From Cetorhinus maximus (taxonomy: Eukaryota): 64,000 nt of DNA. The DNA is taken from NCBI RefSeq assembly GCF_964194155.1, contig NC_135894.1, positions 29,078,001 through 29,142,000 on the forward strand. Reading direction: 5' to 3'. The translations under genes and the position numbers were made by a program. Positions within the stretch are counted from its first letter, which is position 1. Every line of letters starts with the position of its first letter. Positions 49,001 through 59,298 of this stretch are shown here, piece after piece. The notes beneath the pieces are model-generated. The model did not search any database, had not been told where the DNA came from, and saw nothing but the letters and a program-made list of their open reading frames with translations.

Positions 49001-51480
49001 CCCCTATGTGTGTGCCATTGCTCATCATTAACTACAATATATGTACGGGGACCTGGGTCTTGCAAAAGTATTCGCTCCTCTGGTTAAATCAGCTTGTTTG
49101 TATTAAAATAATTGTCAGTAATTCCTTTCCTCAACATAACTAAGTCTAAGAGTTTGCCTAGTGTCTGAAACACTCAAACCTAGAATCTGGCAAGGGCCTG
49201 ATCAAGACAGTAACTTAATAAATGTGAAATATGATGTTAGTAAATCAGATCTCAGGTAAGTGTCAAGCCAGTCACACACAATCTTCATACCAGAATGTAA
49301 AGGAATTCAAACTCACAAGGGTACTACTGAAGTGACTTCAAAATAGTAGCAAGAATGCACATTCATTTGGAATGACCAAAGTGCATTTTTTAAACAATGT
49401 AACTTTTGACTTTCTCAAACATGCAGAGTTTTGTTACTTACGGCTGCTCGCCCCGCTGAGCTGAGCATAGCGATCCATTAGAAAACTAAAGAAGTGAGAC
49501 AGCTGGAAAAGAGGACACAAATCAACATATCAAAGGCAGCCCGTCACTGACATCTGCAAGCACATCTGTACCGTTACACGCAACTGGACTCTCAACTCCA
49601 CATCACAACTTCACAAAAGCAACAATGTGAACGTAAATTAAACATTGCACGGGGTTCAAAAGATCACCCTCAGTGCCGTTATACAACAAATGAGCATTGA
49701 AGGATTACTGTCGGGGTGGAGGGGTTTGGAAATGTACAGCCAGTTAGATTCAGCTGTGCCCTCATGTCAATACTTCATTAACTATCATAGGTGAAATCAA
49801 GGTTATACTGCATTTGATGCAACATTCAATAAATACAATAGGACCTTCCTAACCCACCGTATGTGTTCATGTGTTTATGGGTGTACGTCTAGACGTTAGA
49901 TGTTCCTTTATACTTGAGAGAGAAGTTATGTATCAGATCTAGTTTAGACCACCCTTGGAATACTGTGTACAGTTCTTGTCTCCGTAAGAAGGATGTAGAG
50001 ACACTCGAGAAGGTGCAAAAATAGGATTTACTAGAATATTGCTGGAAGAGAGAGGTTATTCCCATCAGGAAAGACCAGACATGCTGGGGTTCTCTTCCCA
50101 CAGAAAGAGAAGACTGAGGGGTGACTGGGTAGCAATCTTTTCATTTAAGAAGGGGTTTGTTTGCAGTCTGTGTAAGAGATAAAACAACCACTCGTGGGGA
50201 GACCAAAACTAGTGACAACAAATATAGGAAAGTCACTAATAAATTCAATCGAGAATTCAGGATTTATCCTGTGATTGGAATGTGGAACTCACTACCAGAG
50301 GAAGGCAAATAGCTTGGATGCAGTTAAGGGGAAACTGGATAAACAGAAGGGAGAAAGGAATAGAAGGATGTGGTGATAAGTTTGATGTAGTAAGGTGTAA
50401 GGAGGCTCGCAAGGAGTATAAACACCTGCCTAGACTAGGTGGGCCAAATGGTCTGTTTCTGTGCTATGAATATTTTGCAATTCTACATAAATTCTACAAC
50501 CTTTGGACCTGAAAAGTGCCAAGTCCACTTCAAATTACCCTGGCAAGGCAAAGTACCTCAAAAAAATAATTTGAACAACAGGCTAAGCAAGCCATTTCAC
50601 GCTGCTACGACGCAGTGGTATTTTCCACTAAGCGCCGTCTGTCCAGAAAGATGTTCTGCCTATTGAGTAATTGAGCAAGGTCATGTATGAATTTCAGTGC
50701 TGGTGCAATGGCAGGTATGTAGATCATACGTCCCAGTGATTTGCTGATCAAATCAAACAACATATTTCTTCGATTGTTCGTAATAGGCAGAGTACAGACT
50801 GTACTCAACCAGCCTGTGCCTAAAAAACCCAAAACAAAATGTCTACTGTTAGATATTATTCTGTGATTGGTTAGCACTTGCTGAACATTCTGGAGTGTGC
50901 TAATAACTACACTAACAACCTATTTAAGATAATCAGTCACGCTCGTAATGTGGCTCATGTACACTTTCTAGGAATGACATACATTCATACACAGGGACCC
51001 TTTCTCTGCAAACAAAAGGAATATGTTCAAGCATTGAACATTTTATGAATTACCCGGGAGATTGGGGAGCCTATAGTTCCCCATTTCTTTCTCCATGGCA
51101 ACATCTCAGCCAGAGTCGACTGCCAACCAATCAGCACCCTTTTGTCTTGCAGCATAAATTGTTGTCATTGTTTGAAATTTGTCATTCTTGCATTTGTCCT
51201 GATGAGTGCAAGATGAAAAACTTTGGCAACATGTTCTCTCTTTTCAGCAAGATTCAAGTTCTGTACTAGTTCTGTTAATTCTATTTTGATGTTCAGATTG
51301 TTGTGCCTGTATATATGAATAATTTGGAATACACAATGAGAATGAAGCTGACCTGTAGTTGGTCTTGTTCTCCAGCATACTCAATAGATTGAAAAATACT
51401 CCATGTGTAGCGACGCCTCATTTCCATTCGTGCCACATAGCGACGGTACCAGCCCTGAATCAGTATGGCTGCTTTAATGG
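931..51480 (-). CDS. PPEF1: Ser/Thr protein phosphatase with EF-hands, PPEF1-like (partial; span of 14 coding exons listed individually)
   Basis: Spliced exons give one 1998-nt open frame with IQ motif, GDLHG, GDFVDRG, RGNHE, HGG, WSDP, RSHE, SASNY and EF-hand loops. All 13 internal introns are GT-AG with matching phases. [32 protein letters not shown] and DLEIIF match recalled PPEF1 better than PPEF2. Family certain, paralog less so. Confidence 0.85.
1130..1450 (+). mobile_element. tRNA-derived SINE-like element
   Basis: tRNA-like head with B-box gggttcaagttcc near 1177-1190; boundaries approximate. Confidence 0.4.
1590..2170 (+). mobile_element. DeuSINE 3' part interrupted by a minus-strand CR1 3' fragment (about 1621-2002)
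   Basis: Deu-domain text atccctcaatcaacat continues at atcactaaaacagattatctgg; the insert encodes [21 protein letters not shown] (CR1 ORF2 C-terminus). Confidence 0.75.
2613..3362. mobile_element. MITE, PIF/Harbinger-like
   Basis: Terminal inverted repeats gggctgtatt...attcagccc, 3-bp duplication ctt on both sides, GC-rich non-coding interior. Confidence 0.7.
3893..4056 (-). CDS. PPEF1: PPEF exon (164 nt)
   Basis: [29 protein letters not shown]...[18 protein letters not shown]; acceptor ttttgcag, donor gtaaaa. Confidence 0.94.
4140..4820 (+). mobile_element. L2-clade LINE RT fragment, degenerate
   Basis: [28 protein letters not shown] resembles the L2 ORF2 C-terminus; upstream SGV and KTKVIV remnants. 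Confidence 0.7.
4825..8355 (-). mobile_element. 3'-truncated Gypsy LTR retrotransposon with SCAN-like gag (Gmr1-like)
   Basis: LTR 7435-8355 (TG...CA); tRNA-Pro-type PBS TGGGGGCTCATCCAGGAT at 7414-7431; coiled-coil gag start; [15 protein letters not shown]...EAAIMVDDY; protease end VDFLLGNDL; many stops; no RT or 3' LTR seen. Confidence 0.75.
9079..9185 (-). CDS. PPEF1: PPEF exon, first EF-hand region (107 nt)
   Basis: [35 protein letters not shown]; acceptor ctttttcatgtcaag, donor gtaaag. Confidence 0.93.
9899..10203. repeat. 56-bp tandem repeat (about 5.5 copies) derived from a CR1 3' region
   Basis: gtgcattccag recurs at 9899, 9955, 10011, 10067, 10123, 10179 and runs directly into CR1 sequence. 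Confidence 0.92.
10204..11640 (-). mobile_element. CR1 LINE ORF2 fragment, interrupted by a Tx1 fragment
   Basis: [18 protein letters not shown]...[17 protein letters not shown] and [15 protein letters not shown]...LRGDL...SRTRGYRLK. Confidence 0.85.
10690..11055 (+). mobile_element. Tx1/L1-group LINE 3' fragment
   Basis: [20 protein letters not shown]...[12 protein letters not shown], homologous to the 18404-18907 ORF; T-rich 3' UTR. Confidence 0.7.
11909..12051 (-). CDS. PPEF1: PPEF exon, SASNY motif (143 nt)
   Basis: [47 protein letters not shown]; acceptor cttgcag, donor gtgagt. Confidence 0.96.
12179..12364 (-). CDS. PPEF1: PPEF exon, WSDP and RSHE motifs (186 nt)
   Basis: [28 protein letters not shown]...[20 protein letters not shown]; acceptor ttttctag, donor gtaaaa. 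Confidence 0.96.
12690..13960 (+). mobile_element. Non-LTR retrotransposon fragment (AP endonuclease to RT start), CR1/Jockey group
   Basis: [53 protein letters not shown]; frameshifted. Confidence 0.85.
14417..14848 (-). CDS. PPEF1: PPEF exon, catalytic-domain insert (432 nt, 144 aa)
   Basis: Starts FKSALRP and ends EMEWKQ, the conserved borders of the PPEF insert exon; stop-free, phase 0-0; acceptor ttttgcag, donor gtgaat. Confidence 0.88.
15560..15902 (+). mobile_element. Penelope-like element 3' (pLTR) fragment with hammerhead motif
   Basis: Same tail as 42960-43106; core CTGAAGA-agtc-atattg-gact-t-GAAA starting at 15807. Confidence 0.75.
16006..16155 (-). CDS. PPEF1: PPEF exon, HGG motif (150 nt)
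   Basis: [50 protein letters not shown]; acceptor gcatag, donor gtaaga. Confidence 0.95.
17480..18275 (+). mobile_element. CR1 LINE RT fragment
   Basis: [45 protein letters not shown]. Confidence 0.9.
18389..19130 (+). mobile_element. Tx1/L1-group LINE 3' fragment plus a second short 3' UTR copy
   Basis: DLAWRVLH...[11 protein letters not shown]...[15 protein letters not shown]; flanked by 15-bp duplication atataaataggggac at 18374-18388 and 19131-19145. Confidence 0.75.
19710..20106 (-). mobile_element. LINE 3' end, probably the family at 12690 and 35560
   Basis: Typical ORF2 C-terminal text and a 3' tail shared with the local SINE family; link to the 12690/35560 family is inferred, since the fragments do not overlap. 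Confidence 0.6.
20142..20178 (-). CDS. PPEF1: PPEF exon (37 nt)
   Basis: (R)[12 protein letters not shown]; acceptor tttcag, donor gtaagg. Confidence 0.94.
20262..20832. mobile_element. MITE, PIF/Harbinger-like (same family as 29278-29970)
   Basis: TIR ggcagaatttt...aaaactctgccc, possible cac duplication, interior homologous to the 29278 copy. Confidence 0.7.
21349..21841. mobile_element. hAT-Blackjack-like MITE
   Basis: Ends tagggtaaccaga...aaaaccgggacac and ctagtcaccctg resemble recalled Blackjack termini; no target duplication resolved. Confidence 0.5.
22620..22786 (-). CDS. PPEF1: PPEF exon, GDFVDRG and RGNHE motifs (167 nt)
   Basis: [55 protein letters not shown]; acceptor ccacag, donor gtgaac. 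Confidence 0.96.
22983..23300 (+). mobile_element. tRNA-derived SINE; other copies at 26845-27360 (-), 29975-30995 (+), 62860-63270 (+)
   Basis: Shared core aaacccatctggttca.taatgtccttta.ggaaggaaatctgcc...cccacagcaatgtggttgactcttaactgccctctgaaat. Confidence 0.8.
24342..24544. mobile_element. 203-bp solo LTR
   Basis: TGTAAT...ACTACA with 4-bp duplication aaag (24338-24341, 24545-24548); removing it restores CR1 text cacttagaaaggcacagattaatc. Confidence 0.75.
25105..25530 (+). mobile_element. RTE-clade LINE 3' fragment
   Basis: Translates to [11 protein letters not shown] and [13 protein letters not shown]...LMLMGKI, typical RTE C-terminus. Confidence 0.65.
26404..26450 (-). CDS. PPEF1: PPEF exon, GDLHG metal-binding motif (47 nt)
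   Basis: (G)[15 protein letters not shown]; acceptor ctttcag, donor gtacga. Confidence 0.95.
27609..29265. repeat. G-rich minisatellite, about 27-bp unit
   Basis: Unit gagacagcgt(c/t)tgggagaatcgagggg, about 60 copies, with 30-bp variants. Confidence 0.97.
29278..29970. mobile_element. MITE, PIF/Harbinger-like
   Basis: TIR ggccagaatttt...aaaaccctggcc, duplication ctg at 29275-29277 and 29971-29973, CpG-rich. Confidence 0.78.
30113..30869. mobile_element. MITE, PIF/Harbinger-like, inserted in a SINE
   Basis: TIR ggatggaatttt...aaatttccaccc; aat duplicated within SINE text cccacagcaat/gtggttgac. Confidence 0.75.
31108..32300. repeat. A-rich minisatellite, 20-21-bp unit
   Basis: caacattacagaaa(g/t)cagggg repeated about 55 times. 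Confidence 0.97.
33209..33400 (+). mobile_element. Penelope-derived micro-insertion with inverted hammerhead segment
   Basis: 41-bp inverted repeat (33209-33249 and 33254-33294) plus PLE tail; 13-bp flanking duplication with one mismatch. Confidence 0.8.
33600..33714 (-). CDS. PPEF1: PPEF exon (115 nt)
   Basis: [38 protein letters not shown]; acceptor ttccag, donor gtagga. Confidence 0.94.
34315..35520 (-). mobile_element. CR1 LINE 3' part
   Basis: [48 protein letters not shown]1 3' UTR. Confidence 0.92.
35560..37000 (+). mobile_element. Non-LTR retrotransposon fragment, same family as 12690-13960
   Basis: [48 protein letters not shown]. Confidence 0.85.
37334..37509 (-). CDS. PPEF1: PPEF exon (176 nt)
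   Basis: LLSQLL...[33 protein letters not shown]; acceptor ttttccag, donor gtgagt. Confidence 0.93.
40441..40732 (-). mobile_element. Solo LTR related to the Gypsy element at 43217-48071
   Basis: TG...CA ends; shares actcagcagc, gactacagaggtagcctgcg and cttaaaggtatattacac; no target duplication found. Confidence 0.7.
41507..43106 (+). mobile_element. 5'-truncated Penelope-like retroelement (RT C-terminus, GIY-YIG endonuclease, pLTR with hammerhead motif)
   Basis: [43 protein letters not shown]...RFAEH; frameshifts; 10-bp duplication ctgtctccag at 41497-41506 and 43107-43116. Confidence 0.93.
43217..48071 (-). mobile_element. Full-length decayed Ty3/Gypsy LTR retrotransposon
   Basis: LTRs 47778-48071 and 43217-43525; 5-bp duplication atctg; PBS 47762-47774; PPT agggggaggga next to the 3' LTR; order gag, protease (VDTGAS), RT (YLDN), RNase H (YSQIEK), integrase (HIDY, SDNG, LAER); stops and frameshifts. 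Confidence 0.95.
49442..49502 (-). CDS. PPEF1: PPEF exon (61 nt)
   Basis: [20 protein letters not shown]; acceptor cttttccag, donor gtaagt; not in the ORF track. Confidence 0.92.
49910..50480 (+). mobile_element. Degenerate CR1 3' fragment
   Basis: gaccacccttggaatactgtgtacagttc, agaagactgaggggtga, CR1-type 3' UTR. Confidence 0.75.
51020..51270 (+). mobile_element. Short repeat with degenerate hammerhead motif, probably a second Penelope family
   Basis: ttgtc-CTGATGA-gtgcaagat-GAAA...ggcaa at about 51194-51229. Confidence 0.45.
51353..51480 (-). CDS. PPEF1: PPEF exon, IQ calmodulin-binding motif (128 nt)
   Basis: [42 protein letters not shown]; acceptor tttgcag, donor gtcagc. Confidence 0.95.
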
Positions 51481-51619
51481 CTGCAAAGTGATGGGAAAGG
51501 ATAATATTCATAACAGTTTGGAAAGATTTACTTCCAGGAGGCAATGAGAGGAGGAAGTGCTGTCTGCTTCATCCAGTGTCACCAAGCTGGACTGGGGTGA
51601 GGGGGCAGTGGGGAAAGAT

Positions 51620-51900
51620 CATACGAACGTACAAATCAAGATCGGGCCCCTCAAGCCTGCTCTGCTATTCAGTAAGATCATGGCTGATCTGGTTTGTAAC
51701 CTCAACTCCACATTCCTGCCTACCCCTGATAACCTTTCACCCCCTTGTTAATCAAGAATCTATCTACCTCTGCCTTATAAATATTCAAGGGTCTGCTTCC
51801 ACCGCCTTTTGAGGAAGAGGAGAGTTCCAAAGACTCACAACCCTCTGAGAGAAAAAAATTTCTCCTCATCTCTGTCTTAAGTGGGCAACCCCTTATTTGC
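51620..51900 (-). mobile_element. CR1 3' UTR fragment, same subfamily as 1621-2002 and 33865-34115
   Basis: Shared aagatcatggctgat...taacctcaactccacattcctgcctacccc text. Confidence 0.8.
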
Positions 51901-52579
51901 CCTGAGTCTGTGCTTCAGTGTGGGACATTCACTGCAGGGCACAGGGACCCCAAACACTGAGTTAAGAGCCTCAAACACGACAACTTGGCAAGATGGAAAC
52001 AAAAAAGTGAAAAAGCTCTTCCATGGACAGAGTAAGGCCAGAAAAGGAGACTCTTTAGTCCCAATGACCCTTTACTATCTTTCTGCATTTAGATCGACAG
52101 CCAGGATAAAATATTAATCATTAAGTATTGATGTCAAATGCATTTTGTATTATATTTCATTATTGGAAATTCAGTCCCAGGGCACTAATATGGCCAGCGG
52201 TTATACACACCTGCCATTCAAACTGACTTCTCTGTTGTTTAGTTTACATTTTCTGCCTTTCCATGTGTTCCAAAAGGGGATTTTTCTTAAACAGTACATT
52301 GTATATTGAGCTTGTGACCATGTAATTCTCCAAATTACACATTCCTTCTACTTCAGGACTGACTTTGAATTGGACAGCAGTCATGTAGAATGTCAGGAAA
52401 AGGGAGTGCTATATTCCACCCAAACTGCATTTTGATTCCACTTTCCTGACGATTTGTAAAGTGAACATGAAGGAGTAGGTTAAAGGTAAAGCAATTTGTA
52501 AATTATGGCTTAGGAAGTTTATTTCAAGAAATATATTCATTGGTTTCAATTTTCTCCCTCTTTCCACTCTCCGCTGACA

Positions 52580-53010
52580 TCTCACTGTGGTACGGGTTCC
52601 ACACACGCCAACTCTCACCAGGGTACGGGCTCCCCACACATGCCGACTCTCACCGAGGTACAGGTTCCACACACACGTGCTGACGCTCACCAGGGTACGG
52701 GGTCCACACACACACCAATTCTCAGTGGGGTACAGTTCCCTACACACACCAACTCTCACCAGGGTACGGGCTCCCTACACACACTGACTCTCATCGGGGT
52801 ACAGGTTCCACGTACACCGACTCTCGCCAGGGTACGGGTTCCACACACACCAACTTCCACCGGGGTACAGGTTCCACGCACACGCGCTGACGCTCGCCGG
52901 GATATGGGTTCCATATACACATTGACTCTCACTGGGGTACAGTTCCCTACGCACACCGACATTCACTGGGGTCCAAACACACACCGACTTTCACTGGGGT
53001 CCAATTCCAC
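52580..53010. repeat. Diverged block of the 32-34-bp minisatellite
   Basis: actctcaccagggtacgggttccacacacacc variants, CpG-richer than the main array. Confidence 0.85.
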
Positions 53011-53022
53011 AGTGTCTCGACA

Positions 53023-54220
53023 TGTAAAAGGGGTTTCCTCAAAGTGGCCCATGGGCTAAAATTTGTGTGTGTGTGCGTGCATGTGTATGTGTACATGTCC
53101 GTGTGCATGTGTGTTTGTGTGTGTGTGTCTCTGCGCATGTGTGTGCATGTGCATGTACACGTGTGCACCCATGTGTGATGTGTGTATGCTTGTGTGTGTG
53201 TGTGTGTATGTGTGTGTGTATGTGTGTGTGTGTATGTGTGTGTGTGTGTGTGTGTGCATGTGTGTGTAGCCATATTTGCAAATGATTCAATTTAAAAATG
53301 ACTGGCAGCAAAGCTTTATTCTTGGACAGATTAAAGGTTAGTTTATTACAAAAACCCAGCTATAAGTTACTTACGTAAATGTGATAACATTATGAACTAA
53401 AATACAAGTACAAGGATTACAAGCAGATGCAGATCTAGGTTAAAAAAAATACTTAAAGATGAGCTTTCAAACCATTCTCTATGAGATATCATTGTGGGCC
53501 TGTTGCTTGAATTCCGTTTTTGTTTTTTAAGTGATGGGGTTGAAATTTGATATTGGTTTAGCAGCTGTGATGGCTTCTGTAGTTGAATGTTCACAGGTTT
53601 GCCTTTTCAAGTGGACTCAGCAGGTCAGCAGGAATTTTGGGACAGAGAGAAGGTTTCCTATTGCCCACAAATTCTGCGGTTATGGCACTTGTGGATTGTC
53701 TGGACTCCTTCGGTAAAACAGCAGTTGGTTTCTTAAGATCTCCTTCTTTGTCTTCCCTTGGCCAAGACCCCTCCCTGATTTTATCTCTTAGAGTTCTTCC
53801 AGGGTTTCTGCAATCTGCCTCCCAAGATGACATTTACAGCCCCACTTACACAGTTCAAAAAACTCAAAGATGTCAGCGATGTAAATTTGCCAGGAGTCGA
53901 GTATCACTAGGTAAAGAGGTTAATTACGTTGTGGTCCTTCGACATCTTTCCTGTCTCATGTTCCCTCAGAGGTAAAAGGGTTTTTCACCCCTTTAACAAG
54001 ATTCAATGGCCATCCCTGGAGGGGTTATTTGCATTTTACTGACACTTTGCAGACAGCAACAGAGATAAGAGTCTGACCAGCTTTGAAGAACAGAGAAGGG
54101 CGCCATGATGTCTGTCCATACTTTCATTTTGAAAAGGATTTAAAGCTCAGACTAAAGTCTTACAAACAGAAATGTACCTTTAAAATAGTTGTCCCTAAAA
54201 TCTGTAATACCATATTTACA
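53023..54220 (-). mobile_element. Putative solo LTR containing an imperfect (TG)n microsatellite at 53063-53268
   Basis: TGTAAA...TTTACA termini and two minus-strand AATAAA near 53310-53350; no target duplication. Confidence 0.4.
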
Positions 54221-54239
54221 CATTTAGGACAACAGACAA

Positions 54240-57200
54240 TGACTCCCACTCACTGGGGTACAGTTCCACACATTCTAACTCTAGCTGGGATACAATTTCA
54301 CATGCACTGACTCTCACTGGGGTACAGTTCCACACATTCTAACTCTAGCTGGGATACAATTTCACACACACCGACTCTCACTGGGGTACAGTTCCACACA
54401 CACTGACTCTCACTGGGGTACAGTTCCACACAAACTGACTCTCACTGGGGTACGGGTTCCACACACACCGACTCTCACTGGGGTACAGTTCCACAGACAC
54501 TGACACTCTCTGGGGGCCAGTTCCACAAACACCGACTCTCACTGGGGGACAGTTCCACACACTATGACTGTCACTGGAGGACAGTTCCACACACACTGAC
54601 TGTCACTGGGGGACAGTTCCACACACACTTACACTCACTGGGGGACAGTTCCACACACACTGACTCTCACCGGGGTACAGTTCCACACACACCGACTCTC
54701 ACTGGGGTACAGCTCCACACACACTGACTCTCACTGGGGTACAGTTCCACACACATTGACTCTCACTGGGGTACGGGTTCCACACACACCGACTCTCACT
54801 GGGGGACATTTCCACACACACCGACTCTCACTGGGGTACAGTTCCACACACACCGACTCTCACTGGGGGACATTTCCACACACAACAACTGTCACTGGGG
54901 TATGGGTTCCACACACACTGACTTTCACTGTGGGACAGTCCCACACACACTTACACTCACTGGGGGTCAGTTCCACACACACTGACTTTCACTGGGGTAC
55001 AGTTCCACACACACTGACTTTCACTGGGGGACAGTCCCACACACATTTACACTCACTGGGGGTCAGTTCCACACACACTGACTCTCACTGCGGTACAGTT
55101 CCACACACACTGACTTTCACTGGGGTACAGTTCCACAGAGGCTGACTCAGACTGGGGTATGGGATCCACACACACCAACTCTCACTAGGGGACAGTTCCA
55201 CACACACCACCTCTCACGGGGGGACAATCCCACACACACTGACTTTCACTGGGGGACAGTCCCACACACACTGACTTTCACTGGGGTACAGTTCCACACA
55301 CACTGACTTTCACTGGGGGACAGTCCCACACACATTTACACTCACTGGGGGTCAGTTCCACACACACTGACTCTCACTGCGGTACAGTTCCACACACACT
55401 GACTTTCACTGGGGTACAGTTCCACAGAGGCTGACTCAGACTGGGGTATGGGATCCACACACACCAACTCTCACTAGGGGACAGTTCCACACACACCACC
55501 TCTCACGGGGGGACAATCCCACACACACTGACTTTCACTGGGGGACAGTCCCACACACACTGACTTTCACTGGGGTACAGTTCCACACACACTGACTTTC
55601 ACTGGGGGACAGTCCCACACACATTTACACTCACTGGGGGTCAGTTCCACACACACTGACTCTCACTGCGGTACAGTTCCACACACACTGACTTTCACTG
55701 GGGTACAGTTCCACAGAGGCTGACTCAGACTGGGGTATGGGATCCACACACACCAACTCTCACTAGGGGACAGTTCCACACACACCACCTCTCACGGGGG
55801 GACAGTTCCACACACACTAACGCTCATGGGGGTACAGTTCCACACACACTGACTCTCACTGGGGTACAGCTTCGCACACACTGACTCTCACGGGGGTACA
55901 GTTCCACAAACTCCGACTCTCATGGGGGTCCAGTTCCGCACACTCCGACTCTCACTGGGGAAAGTTCCGCACACACCGACACTCACTGGGGGACAGTTCC
56001 TCCCTCAGTGACACTCACGGGGGTACAGTTCCACACACACCGACTCACATTGGGGTATGGGTGCCACACACACTGACTCTCACTGGGGGACAGTTCCACA
56101 CACACTTACACTCACTGGGGGACAGTTCCACACACAATGACTCTCACTGAGGTACAGTTCCACACACACCAACTCTCACTGGGAGACAATTCCACACACA
56201 CTGAGTCTCAAGGGGGTACAGTTCCACCCACACTGACTCTCACGGAGGTACAGTTCCACCTATTCTGACACTCACAGGGATACTGTTCCACACACACTGA
56301 CTCTCACGGGGGTACAGTTCCACCCATTCTGACACTCACGGGGATACTGTTTCACACACACTGACCTCACGGGCGTACAATTCCACATACACTGACAGTC
56401 ACGGGGATACAGTTCCACTCACAATGACTCAGTGGGGTACAGTTCCACACACACTGATTCTCACTGGGGAACCGTTCCCCACACACTGACTCTCACTGGG
56501 GTATGGTTCCACACACAATGACACTCATGGGGGTACAGTTCCACCCACACTGACTCTCACGGGGATACTGTTCCACCCATTCTGACACTCACTGGGATAC
56601 AGTTCCACACACACTGACTGTCACTGGGGTACAGTTCCACACACACTGACTCTCACTGGGGTACAGTTCCACCCACACTGACACTCAGGTGGGTACAGTT
56701 CCACAGACACTGACACTCACTGGGGTACATTTCCATACACACTGACACTCACTGGGGGACAGTTCCACACACACTGACACTCACTGGGGGACAGTTCCAC
56801 ACACACCAACTCTCACGGGGGTACAGATCCACACACACTGATGCTCACGGGGGGACAGTTCCACACACACCGACTCTCACTAGGGAACAGTTCCACACAC
56901 ACTGACTCTCACTGGGGTACAGTTCCACACACACTGACTCTCACTGGGGTACAGTTCCACACACACTGACTCTCACTGGGGTACAATTCCACACACACTG
57001 ACTCTCACTGGGGTACAGTTCCACACACACTGACACTCACGGGGGTACAGTTCCACTTACAATGACTCAGTGGGGTACAGTTCCACATGCACTGACACTC
57101 ACTGGGGTACAGTTCCACACACACTAATTCTCATGGGGTACAGTTCGCCACACACTGACTCTCACTGGGGTGCGGTTCCACACACACTGACATGCACGGG

Positions 57201-59298
57201 GGTACAGCTCCACACACAATGACACTCATGGGGGTATGGATTCCACACACACTGACTCTCACTGGAATATGTGTTCCACACACAGACACTCACAGCGGTA
57301 TAGTTCCTCCCTCAATGACACTCACGGGGTTACAGTTCCACACACACCGACTCTCACTGGGGTACGGGTTCCAAACACACTGACTCTCAGTGGGGAACAG
57401 TTCCACACACACTGACACTCACGGGGGTACAGTTACACACACACGGGCACTCACAGGGGTACAGTTCCACCCACACTGACTCTCACTGGGGTAGAGTTCC
57501 ATACACACTGACACACAGGTAGGTACAGTTCCACACACACTGATTCTCATGGGGAACTGTTCCCCACACACTGATCCTCACTGGGGTACGGTTCCACACA
57601 CAATGACACTCATGGGGGTACAGCTCCACAGAGGCTGACACTCACAGTGGTACAGTTCCACCCACACTGACTCTCGCTGGGATACAGTTCCAGCCACACT
57701 GACACCCATCGGGGTACAATTCCATCCTCATTGACACTCACGGGGGTACAGTTCCACACACGCTGACACTCACGGGGGTACAGTTCCACACACACTGACT
57801 CTCACTGGGGGTACAGTTCGACACACACTGACTCTCACGGGGGTACGGTTCCACGCACACTGACTCTCATGGGGGTCCAGTTCCACACACTCCGACTCTC
57901 ACTGGGGAAATTTCCGCACACACCGACACTCACTGGGGGACAGTTCCTCCCTCACTGACACTCATGGGGGTACAGTTCCACACACACTGATTCTCATGGG
58001 GAACTGTCCCCCACACACTGATTCTCACTGGGATACGGTTCCACACACAATGATTCTCATGGGGGTACAGTTCCACACATACGGGCACTCACGGGGGTAC
58101 AGTTCCACCCAGACTGACTCTCACTGGGGGACAGTTCCACCCACACTGACTCTCACTGGGGTACAGTTCCATACACACTGACACACAGGTAGGTACAGTT
58201 CCACACACACTGATTCTCATGGGGAACTGTTCTCCACACACTGATTCTCACTGGGGTACGGTTCCTCACACAATGACACTCATGGGGATACAGTTCCACA
58301 CAGGCCGACACTCACAGTGGTACAGTTCCACCCACACTGACTCTCGCTGGGATACAGTTCCAGCCACACTGACACCCCTGGGGGTACAATTCCATCCTCA
58401 CTGACACTTACGGGGATACAGTTCCACACACGCTGACACTTACTGGGGTACAGTTCCACACATACGGGCACTCACGGGGGTACAGTTCCACCCAGACTGA
58501 CTCTCACGGGGATACTATTCCACAGAGGCTGACACTCACGGGGATACAGTTCGACACACACTGACTCTCACGGGGATACTATTCCACACACACTGACTCT
58601 CACGGGGATACTATTCCACACACACTGACTCTCACGGGGATACTATTCCACACACGCTGACTCTCACGGGGGTACAGTTCCACACAGACTGACACTGACG
58701 GGGGTACAATTCCACACACACTGACACTGACGGGGGTACAGTTCCACACACACTGACACTCACGGGGGTACAGTTCCACACACACTGACTCTCACGGGGG
58801 TACAGTTCCACACACACTGACTCTCAATGGGGTACATTTCCATACAAACTGACTCTCACTGGGGTACATTTCCATACAAACTGACTCTCACTGGGGTACA
58901 TTTCCATACAAACTGACTCTCACTGGGGTACATTTCCATACAAACTGACTCTCACTGTCCTACAGTTCCACACACTGACTCTCAATGGGGTACATTTCCA
59001 TACAAACTGACTCTCACTGGGGTACATTTCCATACAAACTGACTCTCACTGGGGTACAGTTCCACACACTGACTCTCAATGGGGTACATTTCCATACAAA
59101 CTGACTCTCACTGGGGTACATTTCCATACAAACTGACTCTCACTGGGGTACATTTCCATACAAACTGACTCTCACTGGGGTACATTTCCATACAAACTGA
59201 CACTCACGGGGGTACATTTCCATACAAACTGACTCTCACTGGGGTACCGTTTTCCACACACACTAACACTCAGGGTGGGTACAGCTCCACACACACAC
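54240..59298. repeat. About 5-kb minisatellite array, 32-bp unit
   Basis: ctgactctcactggggtacagttccacacaca, about 155 copies, with higher-order blocks. Confidence 0.97.

Noticed and set aside
52947-53311. His/Thr and Cys/Val-rich ORFs
   Set aside because: Translations of the (TG)n microsatellite
54240-59298. CRISPR-like array of about 32-bp repeats
   Set aside because: Head-to-tail monomers without unique spacers, no cas genes, eukaryotic intron context
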